DNA of 26,689 nt from a virus (lineage: Duplodnaviria; Caudoviricetes): positions 1 to 26,689 of the IMG/VR virus record IMGVR_UViG_3300010276_000069; one strand, written 5' to 3'. The position numbers and the translations under genes were made by a program. Shown here one piece after another: positions 24,975 through 26,689 of this stretch; the first letter of the stretch is position 1, and every line of letters begins with the position of its first letter. The notes below the pieces were generated by a model. The model ran no database searches, was not told the DNA's origin, and saw only the letters and a program-made list of their open reading frames with translations.

Positions 24975-25667
24975 TTAAGCCAGAGATAGATCTTTGAGAT
25001 ATACCCAGCTGTTAATTCCGCCGTTAGCTCCGAGCAAAGCCTTTTCTCCGCTTACCTTTGATATAACATGTGTTCTGTCTTTTACCCATTGAGGCACCTT
25101 TTGGCCGGTTGCATAGTTATTGCCCACAATCCTGACCTTTGCACCTACTACCATACCTGTGCTGGTTGCTTGAGCCAGTTGTGGGTTGGCCGGCTTTTTC
25201 GATGCCTTATCTTGTGAGTTTGGACCTATGTCCAATGTCGAGGTTGGAGCAGCTCCGGGTTTGGCTTTTGCTGCCTCGTCTGCATATTCCTCAAAACTTA
25301 ATCGGAGTTTTGCGGAGCGGATCCTGCCCAGATCGTCTATGATAACATCGCTCACATCTACAGATTGCAATTGCATAAGCTCCGGGCCAAAACGTTTGCC
25401 GCCAAGATAGAAAGGGGCAGCCTCTCCGATAAGTGCTTCCCAGCTTTCTATTTCTGCTCTAACGTTTATTCCTGCCACATCACTCAAAGTTACATCAAAG
25501 CTTAAAGGCACCAGCTCTCTGCCTCTCACATTTGTGGCCGGCGAGCCCTCTTTATCTTGATTCTGGTCGACTTTTAGTTTGAAAGAAGTTGAGAAGCTTT
25601 CAAGGTTATATATTTTGCTGGGAGATACCTCCCATTTTTTATTCTTCCAGCTCGCTATTACTGCCAT
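24975..25667 (-). CDS. P2 GpU-like tail protein with C-terminal SH3-like domain
   Basis: GpU-like N domain ending LSFEEY; extra VGAKV...ATGQ..P.WVK...SWV domain. Confidence 0.7.
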   Translation of the reverse strand: MAVIASWKNKKWEVSPSKIYNLESFSTSFKLKVDQNQDKEGSPATNVRGRELVPLSFDVTLSDVAGINVRAEIESWEALIGEAAPFYLGGKRFGPELMQLQSVDVSDVIIDDLGRIRSAKLRLSFEEYADEAAKAKPGAAPTSTLDIGPNSQDKASKKPANPQLAQATSTGMVVGAKVRIVGNNYATGQKVPQWVKDRTHVISKVSGEKALLGANGGINSWVYLKDLSLA

Positions 25668-25679
25668 GATCTATCACCT

Positions 25680-26057
25680 CTATTCTGGGCCGCTTGTTTT
25701 GGACGTTCCTGATGTTACTCCTCCATGGACATGGCTATTAAAGCTGGAAACCTCATCGGTCTCAATATCAGATGCCGTTATTTTCCCTGTTATGTTGACC
25801 GGTCCCGGTATAGTCCCTTCCCAGTTGCCATCCATTCTGGAAAGAATGACACCGGTCTGGTCTTCAAATAGTGCAAATACTACCTCTGTTCCCTTGGTGA
25901 GGTTGCCCATTTTCCCCCTGAGCCACCATGGAATTGTAAGAGGGCGGGAAACCAGCCCCGGTTTTGCTTGTGGCTGCACTCTCGCCCTCGTGTTGTCTCC
26001 ATTTCTATCTACTGGCCCTTCTATGGTTAATATCACGCCCTTTTCTATTTGCGCCAT
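25680..26057 (-). CDS. Baseplate spike (GpV/gp45-like)
   Basis: N-terminal OB-like region; C-terminal HVHGGV iron-binding apex motif. Confidence 0.8.
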   Translation of the reverse strand: MAQIEKGVILTIEGPVDRNGDNTRARVQPQAKPGLVSRPLTIPWWLRGKMGNLTKGTEVVFALFEDQTGVILSRMDGNWEGTIPGPVNITGKITASDIETDEVSSFNSHVHGGVTSGTSKTSGPE

Positions 26058-26689
26058 TAGTATCCCTCCAGCGGTTTCCTAAAAAATATCTTGCTTTTCC
26101 GTGCAACGTAGTCATGCCTGATGTGAGTAATAAATACCGGGCCATTCCATAGGTCTTGTCTTTCCGTAGTAATTCGCACTACACTGGCCGCTGCATATTT
26201 AAGCTGTAAATTGTCTTCTATCCAGCCTGTATAGCTGTATTTATTGGCCATTCGTAGAAGTGCTTTAGCATACCTTGTGGCCTCTGCATCACTGGTAACC
26301 TTTAGAGGTTCTCTAGGCCTTAAAATGCGGGATGTGTTGCCTTCTGCGGTAAACTTACCTTTAAAGCCTCCGCTTTCAACTTCTGCGCTACCGTATGACA
26401 TTGCGCTATTATCTTGGTATTCAAACACTCCATCTGGGCCGACATATATCTCTCCGGCCGGTGGTTGGCTTTCGAGATACAGCTCATCATAAATAATTAA
26501 GTTCCCGTCATAAATAACTAAAGCACAGCCTTCTAACATGCAGCGGGTTTGTAAAAACTCAAAATCTGTCTGGCTGATCTGTGATAGGTATGGATATACC
26601 TGATCAGTTACTCCATAAGACTTAAATGTGAGGCCATGCTCTTGGGCTATTTGTTCTCCGAGCTGCAGGAACCTCACTGCTTCCCATGA
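26057..26689 (-). CDS. Partial GpD/late-control-like baseplate hub protein
   Basis: QTDFEFL motif, V.H pattern; frame open to window edge. Confidence 0.75.
   Translation of the reverse strand, partial: SWEAVRFLQLGEQIAQEHGLTFKSYGVTDQVYPYLSQISQTDFEFLQTRCMLEGCALVIYDGNLIIYDELYLESQPPAGEIYVGPDGVFEYQDNSAMSYGSAEVESGGFKGKFTAEGNTSRILRPREPLKVTSDAEATRYAKALLRMANKYSYTGWIEDNLQLKYAAASVVRITTERQDLWNGPVFITHIRHDYVARKSKIFFRKPLEGY

Noticed and set aside
1-26689. Second VR/target gene or CRISPR array
   Set aside because: No further TR-like copy or repeat-spacer array noticed by eye; a remote VR outside the window cannot be excluded

Overview
A 26.7 kb segment of a temperate Bacillota (probably Clostridia) phage with a P2/Mu-type contractile-tail baseplate and no recognisable host genes. 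Left (minus strand): early/replication/recombination operon (Xis-like HTH, DEDDh exonuclease, DUF932, Gam-like, ERF, SSB, Rep with iterons, DnaC-like loader, 3D-domain protein, RecU, MazG-like, ParB-methyltransferase, late activator). Centre (plus strand): genetic switch, two XRE repressors, DUF4236/TM2 membrane protein and a large serine integrase. Right (minus strand): baseplate/tail genes, a complete diversity-generating retroelement (DGR: CLec/FGE-sulfatase-like target with VR, hairpin, avd, TR, RT) and the lysis cassette. The DGR TR and VR are 114 bp long with 14 mismatches, all at TR adenines. The integrase abuts the lysis genes. A candidate attP lies inside the integrase 3' end and carries a tmRNA/tRNA-Ala-like 3' end plus an antisense terminator, suggesting the excised/circular form and a C-terminal swap of the integrase on integration. 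All family assignments come from motif recognition by eye, not database searches.
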